From: Selaginella moellendorffii | Taxonomy: Eukaryota > Plantae > Lycopodiophyta | Length of the DNA: 57,924 nucleotides | Assembly: GCF_000143415.4 (NCBI RefSeq) | Contig: NW_003314310.1 | Span: forward strand, 1,417,081 to 1,475,004 | Direction: 5' to 3' | Shown here: positions 12,356-25,269 of the stretch, one piece after another | Layout of the letters: each line of letters begins with the position of its first letter | How positions within the stretch are numbered: position 1 is the stretch's first letter | Notes under the pieces: generated by a model | The model's input: only the letters and a program-made list of their open reading frames with translations | Databases searched by the model: none | Told to the model about the DNA's origin: nothing | Position numbers and translations under genes: made by a program

Positions 12356-15300
12356 GTGAAAGCCCAAAGTGATCGTCTTCCAGACCCTGGGGGGTTTGGT
12401 GAGCTCCAAAATGTATGGTAGGGGGAGGACTTCAATGGAACCAATTTGGCCAAGAAAGGCCTGTGTGACCAAAGAAGGTTATATCCACATGGTGGGTGAT
12501 GATATAACCATTGAGGAGTCTAAAGCTAGAGTGAACATGAATGAACAAGTGGGGTAACTTGGTAAAGTGTTCAAGAGCCAGCTCTAGCTCCCCTAAGAGA
12601 TCAAATGGTCGATGCTCCCAATCCAAGTGTAGGTGGCATTATCTACTTAGATACGTGGTGTGGCTCATCGGAACCTTGCTTTAGCCACATGGCTAGAGCA
12701 CCTAAAGGCAGAATATGTGAAGAGTACCCACAAGACTTATGTAGGGCTATGGTGTTTCGAAATGTCATCCCAAAGTCTCGGACTCTGGAAAATAAGAGGA
12801 ATAGTCCTCTTGTGTAGTGACCAAGGATATAGTCACGTGGCAAGGTAGCTTTAGAGGTCAATAAAGCTTAATGGTCGAGCCATGCCTAGACCTAGTGGAA
12901 GCAAACACTGCTATGGATGGAAAGGGACTTAGTGGGGACCAAAGAAGGGATATTGGGGAAAGGTGTTCCCCATATCTGTAGGTGTGGTCATGGGATGACC
13001 ACTTATGGATGGATGGCCAAGTCTTTGAGAGATGAGACTATGGTACAGGTGGTCTTGGACCATTTACAAGACAAAGGTCAATAGATATAACCTTAGTATA
13101 ACGAGTTGATATATCAGTGGTACCTTTAGGAGTCTGTCGTGGGATTGGACATATGGAGCTCTTGGACCAAGTGCAAAGGTTGAGTGGCATAGATGTCATT
13201 CATGGAGCTAACATGTCCTCAACTCAGGAATAATTCTTATGGAGGTTTTGATTGAGACTCCTCCAAGTGGTCGAAGGTGTGGTTAAGTGACTAAAGCAGA
13301 ATGGAAATTTTAGTTACTTATTTGGTATTAGAGCTATTCCTTAGTCCAACTCTTATTAGTGGTCAAGTATATCGCCATTGTATTAGCATTAGAAGGTCTT
13401 AGGAGTGGAACTATCTCTAAAGAGTAGCATGTTGAGAGGGCATGACTCTCCACCTTAATTCATATGTGAACATATTGGTAATGTGGTGGATAGAAAGGGG
13501 CTAATAAAGGAATAGTTTTGGGATTTTAGGAACAATAGAAAGCTTTCCTTAAAGAGTTAAGGATGTAATCTACATAAGTGTTTAACGTAGCAAATTGACT
13601 AATATGGTTGTAATAAACAACTATAGTTGGGATCACAGAAAAGATAAAAAATTTGAGATAATAAAGGAGTCACAAGAATAAAGTCCTTATATAGTTAAGA
13701 ATGTTGCTCATGAATTTAAGACTGGAGTTAATGACCATGAGAGTTCAAATATAGATGAGGACATATATCATTGAAATGGTAGCTGGGCCTACCTTTAATA
13801 AAGGCTAGAACAACCTAAGGAGTTCGGGGTGTGCTCAAAGGATGAGTCAGTGTTTTTATCGTATGGAAGTGTCCCGAATGTGACTTTAGGTATCGAAAGT
13901 TACTTGTCAACCAGTCCTTACGGACACTCGTTCCTTATTGCCATGACAGCAGAAGGTCGGTATTGCTGGACCCATTATCAGTCTCTGCCTAAGCTAGTTG
14001 AGAAATTGGTCTTCACGTGTGCACTTGACCAAATGACCATAAGGACGAAATTCCTAAATGCTATTAGTCAAGCATACTTGACCTAGTTAGAGAAACTTAT
14101 TTGTTGACTTGCACTTGCTAGTGTTAGGAACCCTCACGATATTGAGCTTGGTCCTTCAATATTGCTAGATGATAGCTTACCGTGTTTACTAAACACCCTC
14201 GCTATCATGCCCTTTGTGTTAGTCTCATTCCGGTCCCAAATGCTATTTATGGAAAGTGTCTAGATTCGCTCATTTGGCATATCTACAAAATATAGAGATT
14301 GTCCTGAACACAATGGTGTTTGTTACATGTCCAAATTTGCAATTTAGGAACATTCCATATTTAGTAAGTTTTGAGTTTGTCCTAAAGACTAACTTCTGAT
14401 ACTAAGGGAGGCTTGCGGTGAAAGCCCAAAGCATATGTTCCTCAAGGGAGGGGGGGGGCTGTGGGGGGGTTCCAAATGTATATTAGGGATAGTGGGTAGG
14501 TTAGGCATGGCCGACCAACCTGAGGCTTAGTCTAACTCCCACTTGCGTGCTTGTTCTTGTTCTGCATCCAGCTTAGGTCAGCCCAAATTCCATTCCATTC
14601 TAGCTGGTGGAGTACCCATATCCTTGTGTTAGGCCACTGGTATACTAAAATAACACCAGACTTTGTTTGGCGTCGTTTTGCATGCTGGTCTTGAGATTAG
14701 GATGTTAGATACTTTAGGACTGATCCAAATTACTCCATGCTTCTGTTCTTTCGCTCCTTGGGCTGTATGCTCGGGAGTCATTCCGTGTTGCTCCAGTGCC
14801 ATTGCTCTTTAACTCCATGCTTGGGAGTTTGGCACTGTTCCTTCATTCAATGGCCCAAGGCCCTAAAACTTGAGTTCCACACCACTGTCCTTTGGACACG
14901 TGGCATGTGACATGTGGCATTTGACACATGGCACATAAAGGGTTTAGGTTCCACTTCATGGTTATCCTATGGTAAATCACTATAGGATAAAAGGTGAAAA
15001 CCACATGTGCTACATTTGGTATTAAAGGATGAGTCTCAGCGAGTATTATCCAATGAGATTGGACAACTAGTCTCGTTGCATACACAGAGATGAAAACGAT
15101 GATCTGAGTGGGTACATGTTTGGGTGCTAAGACTTCGCATTAGTTCCTTGGGTATGATTTGGTTACCTTTTTATGCCATAATAATGTGAGCTTGCTCTTG
15201 GGCTCATAAGAGGGATTGAGTTGTTCCGTTTGTATGAGTTTTTGCTTGGGCTCGTGAGCGAGACACATTAACAACTCAAAGTTACACTTTGAGTTGGCAA

Positions 15301-16849
15301 GATGGATTTGAGGTGTACCATTTTACACGAGTTTGCGCTTGGGCTCGTGAGTGAGGCACATTAGCAACTCGAAGTTACATTTTGAGTTGGTAGGATTTCG
15401 GTGGTTCCATGAGTTGTTCCATGTACTGTGGGTGGAAGGAGTGGCAAATAGGCTGGTCCGTAGCTGTTTAGCACGGCACCAATGGATCCTTCCTAGGTAT
15501 GATTATAAGTGGATCAATCAAGACTATAGGGATTAGTCTATTGATTCAAGTAATCATTACCGTGCTCTCTCATAAACTTTTCTTGGATTGAACTGAAAGC
15601 AGTGCAAAAGCAAGCTTGAGGTTTGGTCAAAGATGATACTGAAAAGAGAGTTAATAGGGATAAAGGATCAAATACGTAAATCATTTTCTCTTGGAGAGAT
15701 GATTTGTAACAAGGTGTTAACTCATTGCTTGTGTTCACATTATGCAATCAAGAGTCCCTACCTTAATGCATGTTGGAAATTATGGTTTTATAAATGGTGA
15801 GTTATGGGATGGATAGCGGTGAAGCGCTAAACCATCTTGTCTAGGCTTACTATTGAAGACTTGAGTTATAGTGCTCAATTCATTTTTAGGGAACTTTGTT
15901 ATTGCTCCTTAAGTAGCTCAGTGTTGGATTAGTTTTAAGTTTGGTCGGAAAGAAAGTGACATGAGCTTGTCCATGCTGTGAACAAAAGTTAGTGGTGTTG
16001 GGTGTTATAAATCTCTATTGGTGGAGTGTGGCATTTATGTTGCATTTTATCGAATCAAGTTGGCACTTGATAGTCACATAAACCTTTGAAATAATGATAT
16101 GGGTGTTGCTTGTGGTGTTGCTCAATTGATGATCAAGTCATTGTGATACTTATATTATATCCATGTGATAATGAGCAATGTGTTTACGAAGCTGCTTGAT
16201 CAACCCCAAAGTGGTTTATGGTGAAGCTAGTCTACTTATATATAGTAGCATTGTAGTAGCTTTGACTAGATTCTTGATGGTAGTCCATTATGCTAAGCTT
16301 AAGTTGGTACCTTATTTCCTTGAGAGTTTGCTCATAAGGTGTTGGAAAGGGTTGTAGCATTCATTTGCTATAGTTCATCAGTTGATCTGTTAGCACTTAG
16401 AGTAGATTGTTGCATGGAGAAGGTGTGTAGTTGAGGCATTGACATCGCTAGCATTTGTGTTAGTGGAAGTGGCATTGTTGTTCGAGTGATGAGGAATTTT
16501 CCTTAAAGCTTGATTTTCCATGTCATTTTTCTTGTTAGTGTTTTGGCTTCACATTGGATCTTGAAAGTGATTGAAGAAGAGTGTTAGTGCAATGTAGATA
16601 TCCAAAAATATAGTCTTCATGATCAAGCCTTGGATGTTCATTATGCATTTTGCAGATGTCGGTGTTTGATATTAAAAATGTGGGCGAGATGTTCGATGCT
16701 TAAGCATACTATGGGTCATGAGAATTGGTGTTGAGGTGAACCTATATGAAGTTGTAGGTAGGAGGAAGTTGGTTGAGTCTTGAAAGTTTGCATTCCTAGA
16801 CTGAAAGTTATTCTTTTTCTAGGATGGAAAATTTTCCACAAATTTTCTT

Positions 16850-18001
16850 AGGCTTTTACATGGCTGATCTGTTGATCACTTTGTTTGAAAGCCATTCTGT
16901 TTTCATAAGCCAATACAAACTATTGAAAGGGTTGGAGTTGACTTTGGTTAGCTTAGACCTTAGTAAGTAGTTTGTATGGTACAACCCGAAAGGGATGTTG
17001 ACTTTTGGGGCTAAAGCAATTGAGTTGGATAGTGTCTAGAGTTGGTGTAAAAAAGTAGCTATTGCACTTTTCTAAGAAGGGTGACCCTTGTGCCTTTCTT
17101 CTGTCAATGGGGCTTTTCATATTTATCCTCTTAAAAACCATATAGGTCCAGTTTCGACATGCTCGAAATTGGCAAAGAGCATATGGGGGGGTTGTGATGA
17201 GGGGAGGATCCATGGAACTAGAGTTTGGTTTGGTTCTGTGCAGATCAGATCAAGGAACTAGTGTCCGGTTCTGTGCTGCCCAAAGCCATGCCAACCCCTC
17301 CGCAAACGCGTGCTCCCTATCCGCACTGGTGGTGAACTTCACGCCTTATCCATGGTCCCTAGCCTCATCTCTCCCATGTGGTTGCATCTACCGATGTGAA
17401 GGACTTGAGTCGATCGTGAGATCAGTGAAGGTACACCGCCCTTGCTTGATCTCCATCTGTATGATGCCTACAATTTTCCAGAGATATAAGAAGCCCCTGG
17501 AGATGTACTGTCCTGGATCCCACAGTGCGGTGAACTGAGGAGGAGTGTGTCGTCTTCGGTAATGGTGATGCTGCTGCTGCCTGGGAGTCCTCTCCTCTGA
17601 TGTGACTGATCCCCTCCAACTGGGATTGCTGTTCTTGTGCCTTTCTTCTATTGTGTTGTGCTTGGTGTAGGTTGCACTTTGCATTTCGTTAAACTCTATG
17701 AGAATAGTGAGCTCTCACTGATCTTGACTTGGTCTTGGTAGCCTTACGCTTTGGTTGAGTGTCTAACTTAGTTGTTTAAAGTTAAAATGTTGGTACCCAT
17801 ACTATAGCTTTGTCTATGAGGAGGTTGTATACCGATATGAGTTTATCTCCTGATTTTCACTTTAGTTTTGACTAAGTGTTGATCATGGATAGCTAGCCTC
17901 TTCAAGGCATGCTCAAAGCCGTAGGCTAAATGCATTAGTGAGCTTATTGTAGTTGAGTTGGATTTGAGTGGTCATTTAGTTTGTATTTGTCCATGAACCA
18001 A
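16850..18001 (+). mobile_element. Fragment of an unrelated LTR element interrupting the family A outer copy
   Basis: Homology to the inner family A copy stops at ~16845. A G-rich PPT-like tract (ATGGGGGGG) precedes TGTGATG at ~17192, followed by LTR-like sequence with a TATA-like TATAAG. Confidence 0.4.
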
Positions 18002-21000
18002 TGTAGCGCATGTGGTTTTGACCCTTTATCCTATGGTGATTTACCATAGGATAACACCACAAAGCGGAACCTAAACCCTCTTTATGCCACGTGACACATG
18101 CCACGTGTTATATGCCACGTGTCCAAAGGATAGTGGCGCAGAACCCGAGGTTCAAGGCATTGGGCCACTGAATGAAGAAACGGTGCCATAACCCCAAGCA
18201 TGAAGCCAAGGATTGACGAAACCAAACCATGGAGCAACTTCTGAGCATATAGCCCAAGGAGTGAAGGGACAGAAGCCCGGAGCAACTTGGAATAGTCCTA
18301 GAGTAACCAGTATCCCAATGCTAGGACCAGCACGCAAAACGAAGCCAAACGGAGTCTGGCGCTATTTCGGCATATCGGTTGCCTAACGCAAGGACATGGG
18401 TACTCCACCAGCTAGCATGGAATGGAACTTGGGCTTAGACCCAAGCCGGACGTAGAACAAGGACAGGCACGCAAGCGAGAGCTAGACTATGCCTCAGGTT
18501 GGCTAGCCATGCCCAACCTACCCACTATCCCTACTATACATTTGGAACCCCCCACAACCCCCCCCCCCCTTGAGGAACACATGCTTTGGGCTTTCACCCT
18601 TAGCCTCCCTTAGTATCAGGAGTTAGTCTCTGGGACAAGCTCGAAATTTACTTGGAATAACGCTAGATTGCGAATTTGGACACGGGATGAAGACCATTGT
18701 GTTCAGATCGATCTCTACATTCCGTAGATATGCCAAATGAGCAAATCTAGACACTTTCCATAAATAGCATTTGGGACCGAAATGAGATTAACGCTAAGGG
18801 CATGATAGTGAGGGTGTTTGGCAAACACGGTAAGCTATCATCCGGTGATATTGAGGGACCAATCTCAATATGCGAGGGTTCTTGTCAAGCCAGTGCAAGA
18901 CAAAGCAAAAGAGAACTAAAAAGCCAGGCCAAGTATGCTTGGCTGAATAAACACTTAGGAATTCCGTCCTTATGCTCATCCGGCCAAATACAGATGCCAA
19001 GTCCAGTTTATTAACACTTGAACAAGAGGGACTAATAAAGGGTCCAACAATACCGACCTCCTACCATCGTGGCAGTAAGGAAAGAGTATCCGAAAGGACT
19101 AGTCGACAGGTAACTTTCGATACCTGAAGTCATATTCGTGACACTCTCCCCCCCTAGGGAAGATCAACTTCCTCATCGATGCACACTCGAGTCTAGAATA
19201 CTGCCAAGGAAACAACTCTAGAAAAAGTTCACAGTATTCACACTATGTGAGAAATGCACCAACTTAAATGAATTAAGGGGCAACCTCTTTGTCTAACGCA
19301 GATGCGTTATCAGCTCAGACACCTTCTGGCTGTCGCCAACAAAGAAATGACCAACGGAGTTAGCCACCCTTGCTACTCTAGGAGTCACCCAACTTACAAA
19401 AGTGTGATACGCCCCTGCCTACAGGTGGCATAGAGAGAGAAGCCAGAGGCCCCAACCCTCATGAGCAAAGAAACCAAGCCCGTCGCCAAGACTACTGCAA
19501 ATAGATAGTTAGAGTTGTTTACACGGTCACGCCCTTTTAACAGAATAAGGAACATCGATAGAGAGGCGGGTGATGTGACCAGTCGACAGTAGCTACCCCA
19601 TACTAGAGATTTCAACATGCACATGAAGTGCCGAAGCCAGTCTACATATACTGGCCCAAAATTCAAAGATCAATAGATGGACAATATCAAAGTCATAAAC
19701 AATGATATCTTAGAGTCTTAATTATCAGTGAATAAATCTTATATTAGAACACAAGAGTATTCCAAGTAAGTTATCATCCGATAAACTAGTATTATAGTAT
19801 AGGAACCACTAAGATCATCATAATTGGTAAATATAGGAATCACCATCTAACAAATTTCAATAGCAAGTATATCATCAATGAAACTCAATGATGAAACATA
19901 ACTATCGAAGATAGCAGACAGTATGCCAAACAACTTACCAAAGATAACTCAAAAAACACAAAGTATCATCGACTGGCAAGCAAGATGCTCGCGAATGTAT
20001 CACCCGAAGGAAATAACATTCTAATCGATCGAAACTAACTCGAGCAATAATCAACAGAACAAAATGCATGTGGCAAGACCAACAAACATTCATTCATGCC
20101 AACTATCACACTAGTCAATCCGAATAAATCCCAGTCAACAATACCAAGGAACTAGAGTTGCTCAAGCAAGTGTTTGTAACATCCTACTTTGATGTCTCAA
20201 ACCCAATAGACCAAACCACAAAGAACATGTGGTATTGCGAAAAGTCAGAAGCCATCAAAGAGAACAACTAACTATCATAAAAGAACATTAATCATCCCAT
20301 CAATAAAGAGATGCATAATCATTGTCAAAGAAAGAATCTACCATTTTGAAGAACAGAAAATCATTCTTGATCAACAATAATCAAGCAAAACCTTTGTGAC
20401 AAGGATAATCAACTATGCTAGATGATAGTTAATCATCACCAATGATTGCCAGATGTAAATACTAACTTCAATAGTGAAGTTAATGAGCTAAAATGCCTTC
20501 CCTAACAACTTCTAACCAATGGTCCACAAGCATGAAAGCTCAAGGAACCAAAAGCTCAAAGAAGCCTATAGCCAAGTCTTGCTTAACAATAATCACGAGT
20601 CTCGCATAAACTAACATCAATGCTAAAGAAAAAATTATGGTACAACCCACAATATCCTCAACACATCCATAAACTAAACTTCATAATGCAAAGCTAATGA
20701 AGAGCATATCTGCATCAATCCAATTTGTGGAAAAATTTCCATCCTAGAGAAAGAATGATTCTCAGTTTAGGAATACAAACTTTCAAAACTCAACCAACTT
20801 CCTCCTACTAACAACTTCATATAAGTTCACCTCAACACAAATTCTCAAGACCCAATAGCATGCCTAAGCATCGAACATCTTTGCCCATTCTTTCGATATC
20901 CAACGCTGACATCCGCAAAAATGCAAAATGAACATCCAAGGCCTAATCACAAAGACCACATCTTTGGATATCCACATTGCACTACACTCTTCTTCAACCA

Positions 21001-24000
21001 CTTTCAAGATCTAATATGAAGCCAAAACACTAACAAGAAAAATGACATGGAAAATCAAGTTCTAGGGAAAATTCCTCATCACTTTGAACAACAATGCCAC
21101 TTCCACTAACACAAATGCTAGCGATGTCAATGCTTCAACTACACACATTCTCTATCCAATAATCTACTCCAAGTGCTAATGGATCAACTAATAAACCATA
21201 ACAAGTGAATGCTATAACCCTTTTCCAACACTTCAATGGGCAAACTCATGGAACTAAGAAACCAACTTAAGCTTAGCATAATAGACCACCATTGAGAATC
21301 TAGTCAAAGCTTACTACAATGTTACTACGTGCAAGTAGACTAGCTTCACCATCAACCACTTTAGGGTTGATCATCGTTTAACCAAGCAACTTTGTAAACA
21401 CATTACTCATTATCATATGGATATGATATAAAATCACAATGACTTGATCTTCAATTGAGCAACACCACGAGCAATGCCAATGTCATTACTTCAAAGGTTT
21501 ACGTGAGCATCAAGTGCCAACTCAATTTGACAAAATGCAACATAAATGCCACACTCCATCGATAGAGATTTACAACACTAAACACCACTAACTTTTGTTC
21601 ACAACTTGGACAAGCTCATGCCACTCTCTTTCTAACCAAACTCAAAATTAATCCAAACCAAGCTACTCAAAGAGCAAGCAAGGTTCCCCGAAAAAGAATT
21701 GAGCATTGCAACCCAAGTCTTCAATAGCAAGCCTAAACAAAATGGTATAACGCTTCACCGCTACCCATCCCACAACTTGCCATTTGTAAGACCATCATTT
21801 CTAACACGCATCAAAGTAGGGACTCTTGATTGCATATTGTGAATACAAGCAATGAGTCGACACTTCGTTGCAAATCATCTCTCCAAGAAGAGAAAATGAT
21901 TTACGTGTTTGAACCTTTGTCTCTGACGACTCTCTTTTCGGTCTCATTTTTTACTAAACCTCAAGCTTGCTTTCACACTGCCTTCAGTCCAATCCAAGAA
22001 AAGTTTATGAGAGAGCACAACAATGACTACTTGAACCAATAGACTAATCCCTATAGTCTTGATTGATCCACTTGTATTCATGCCTAGGAAGGATCCACTA
22101 GTGCTGTGCTAAACAGCTACGGACCAGCCTATTTGCCACTCATAACAAACCCAGGGAAGGTTTACTTAACCCACGGTACATGGAACAACTCATGGAACCA
22201 CCGATAGGCTAACATTAATCCTGCCAACTCAAATGTAACCTCGAGTTACTAATGTGCCTCACTCACGAGCCCAAGCTCAAACTTGTGTAAAACGGAACAA
22301 CTCAATCCCTCTTGTGAGCCCAAAAGCAAGCTCACATCATAAGGTACAACAAGGTAACCAAATCCATACCCAAGGAACGAACACAAAGTCTTTGCACTCA
22401 AACGTGTACCCACTCGGATCATCGTTTTCATCTCTGCGTATGCAATGAGACTAGTTGCCCAATCTCATTGGATAGTTGTAAGGAACCAACTCACCAAGGT
22501 GTCGTAGGCTAAAGGATCCCCGAAAGCATGACCAAAATGACAAAGAGTTCATCGGATGGGACCGAGTTGAAGATCAAGTCCAAGACCAACTCTGAGACCG
22601 AGTTCGAGATAGAGTCCGGGGCCAAATCGGAGACTGAGTCCGAGACTGAGTTCGAGACCAAGTTCAAGACAGAGTCTGAGATCCAAATCGGGTCTGAGAC
22701 CGAGTCCGAGGTCGAGTTTGAAGTCGAGTCCGAGATCGGGTCCAAGAGATCGAGTCCGAGACCGAGTCTGAGTACTAATACGGGTCAAGGGGTGAAAGCC
22801 CAAATCATGCGTCTCCCAAGGGGGGGGGGGGGGGGGGGCTGCAGGGGGTTCCAAAAGTATAATAGGGATAGTGAGGTCCAGGAACTAGTTTTGAAGGAAC
22901 TCTTTAGTGGGGCTTCCAAACTGATTTGAGGTTGAAACTAGGACTGAGGGGCCTTGAGTGGGAGTGAGCATGGACTTGGTTGGTGCCAGAGGGGCCATCC
23001 AAGGAAGTACTCAAGAGCAACTCCCACTCCCGAAAGGGAAACCGACTGCGGTGCTCCCAACTCATGTAGAGTGGTGCCCCACTTGAGTACCATGCGGCTC
23101 ATTGGTCCTCGCCCTTCCTAGGGGCTTGGACCTTCCCTTCTGGATGGAAGTGGGGGGGTAGAGGTACCCATACCGGGCCGTTAGGCCACGGTGTTTCGCC
23201 CCGGCATCCCAAAACAAGTGTTGCACCCAACACTTGGGATTTAGAGGGTCCCATGATCAAGTCTTGTGGTACCAAGGGGTGTTAGGAACCTGGAGGCTTG
23301 GTGTGCTTGGCTGCTTATGCCTGCGGGGAGTGTAGCTGAACCTTAAGTCCAGTCTAACCCGGGGAGGGGGATTGGAGAGATTTGGGAATCCGTGGATGGA
23401 TGGATAACGCTCTGTTGCTTGTGCAGTGAGTAGCTGAAACCAAGTAGGACCAAATAGGAGCTTGTACCATAAGAGGGAACCTTGGCGAGGGAACTTAGCA
23501 AAAGCCAAGGTGGTGTTGGACGGATAGACGAGGTAAATTGGCAAATTGGAAAAGAAAATTTTGTGGCTTACAATAGTACTCGCCAAGACTCATGCCCTCT
23601 GATACCAAATGTAGCGCACGTGGTTTTGACCCTTTATCCTATGGTGATTTACCATAGGATAACACCATGAAGCGGAAGCTAAACCCTCTTTATGCCACGT
23701 GACACATGCCATGTGTCATATGCCACGTGTCCAAAGGACAGTGGTGCAAAACCTGAGGTTTAGAGCCTTGGGCCACTAAATGAAGGAATGGTGCCAAAAC
23801 CCCAAATATGAAGCCAAGGAGTGACAGAACCAAACCACAGAGCAACTCTCGAGCATATAGTCCAAGGAGCGAATGGACAGGAGCCCGGAGCGACTTGGAA
23901 CAATCCTAGAGTAACCAGCATCCCAATGCCAGGATCAGCACGCAAAACAAAGCCAAACGGAGTCTGGTGCTATTTTGGCATACCAGTGGCCTAACACGAT

Positions 24001-24557
24001 GACATAGGTACTCCACCAACTAGCATGGAATGGAACTTGGGCTTAAACCCAAGCCGGATGCAAAACAAGGACAGACACACAAGCAAGAGCTAGACTATGC
24101 CTCAGGTTGGTTGGCCATACCCGACCTACCCACTATCCCTACTATACATCCCCCCCCCCTAAGGAACACATGCTTTGGGCTTTCACCCCTAGCCTCCCTT
24201 AGTATCAGGAGTTAGTCTCTGGGACCAAGCTCAAAACTCATTAACCTATGGAATGGCGCTAGATTGTGAATTTGGACATGGGACGAACACCATTGTGTGT
24301 AGGTTGATCTCTACATTCCATAGATATGCCAAATAAGCAAATCTAGACATTTTCCATAAATAGCATTTGGGACCGAAATGAGACTAATGCTAAGCGCATG
24401 ATAGCAAGGGTGTTTGGCAGACACGGTATGCTATCATCCGGCAATATTAAGGGATCAATCTCAATACGTGAGGGTTCTTGTCAAGCCAGTGCAAGACAAA
24501 GCAAAAGAGAACTAAAAAGCCAAGCCAAGTATGCTTGGCTGAATAGACACTTAGGAA
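18002..24557 (-). mobile_element. LTR retrotransposon, family A inner copy in opposite orientation
   Basis: 3' LTR 18002-19143, preceded on the minus strand by PPT AGGGGGGGAGAG. 5' LTR 23610-~24557 (5'-truncated) with PBS TGGTATCAGAG at 23597-23607. Internal 20720-22476 is the reverse complement of ~15045-16845. Confidence 0.88.
22477..23572 (+). mobile_element. Solo LTR (family B) with 5-bp TSD
   Basis: TGTAAG...CTTACA termini and ATAGT on both sides (22472-22476, 23573-23577). The host sequence is uninterrupted in the other family A copy (~15039-15060). Its end matches the LTR end at 45955. Confidence 0.92.
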
Positions 24558-25074
24558 TTCATGATATTGAGCTTGGTCCCTCAATATTGCTAGATGATAG
24601 CTTACTGTGTCTGCCAAACACCCTCGCTATCATGCCCTTTGTGTTAGTCTCATTCCAGTCCTAAATACTATTTATGGAAAGTATTTAGATTCGCTCATTT
24701 GTCATATCTACAAAATGTAGAGATTGTCCTAAACACAATGGTGTTCATTCTGTATTCAAATTTGCAATTTAAGAACATTCTATATTTAGTAAGTTTTGAG
24801 TTTGTCCCAAAGAATAACTCCTAATACTAAAGGAGGCTTGGGGTGAAAGCCCAAAGCATTTGTTCCTCAAGGGGAAGGGGGGGGGGGGGCAGTTATAGGG
24901 GGTTTCAAATGTATAGTAGGGATAGTGGATAGGTTGGGCATGGTTGACTAACTTGAGGCTTAGTTTAGCTCTTGCTTGTATGTCTGTCCTTGTTTTGTGT
25001 CTGGCTTGGGTCTAAGCCCAAGTTCCATTCCATGTTAGCTGATGGAGTACCCATATCCTTGCGTTAGACCACCG

Positions 25075-25269
25075 TGTAAGCAACCAAAGGGAACGACTCG
25101 AAAGACGATCCATGGGGTTCAAATATAAAAGGAAAAGGGCCTATGAATAAAAGTGCACCCCCTTTTCCAATTGGTTAAGGGTTTTGGGATATTTGGGGTT
25201 AATCGTCTTTGGGTTTGAATAGTACTGGGCTGGGTGACCTCTTGGGAAATCCAAACTCAGGAGCTTACA
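25075..25269 (+). mobile_element. Cassandra-like TRIM LTR carrying a 5S rRNA internal-promoter segment
   Basis: 195 bp, TGTAAGC...GCTTACA, followed by tt-TGGTAT (PBS start). Core GTTAATCGTCTTTGGGTTTGAATAGTACTGGGCTGGGTGACCTCTTGGGAAATCC matches plant 5S GTTAAGCGTGCTTGGGCGAGAGTAGTACTAGGATGGGTGACCTCCTGGGAAGTCC. Confidence 0.88.

Noticed and set aside
11841-12472. RS-rich, ES-rich and LG-rich ORFs resembling SR or structural proteins (also 22509-22929)
   Set aside because: They are translations of a 6/12-bp tandem array, open in several frames, and the second array lies inside a TSD-bounded solo LTR.
25198-25252. Functional 5S rRNA gene
   Set aside because: Only the internal ~55 nt match. The 5S 5' and 3' ends and the T-run terminator are absent, and the segment lies within TG...CA LTR termini.
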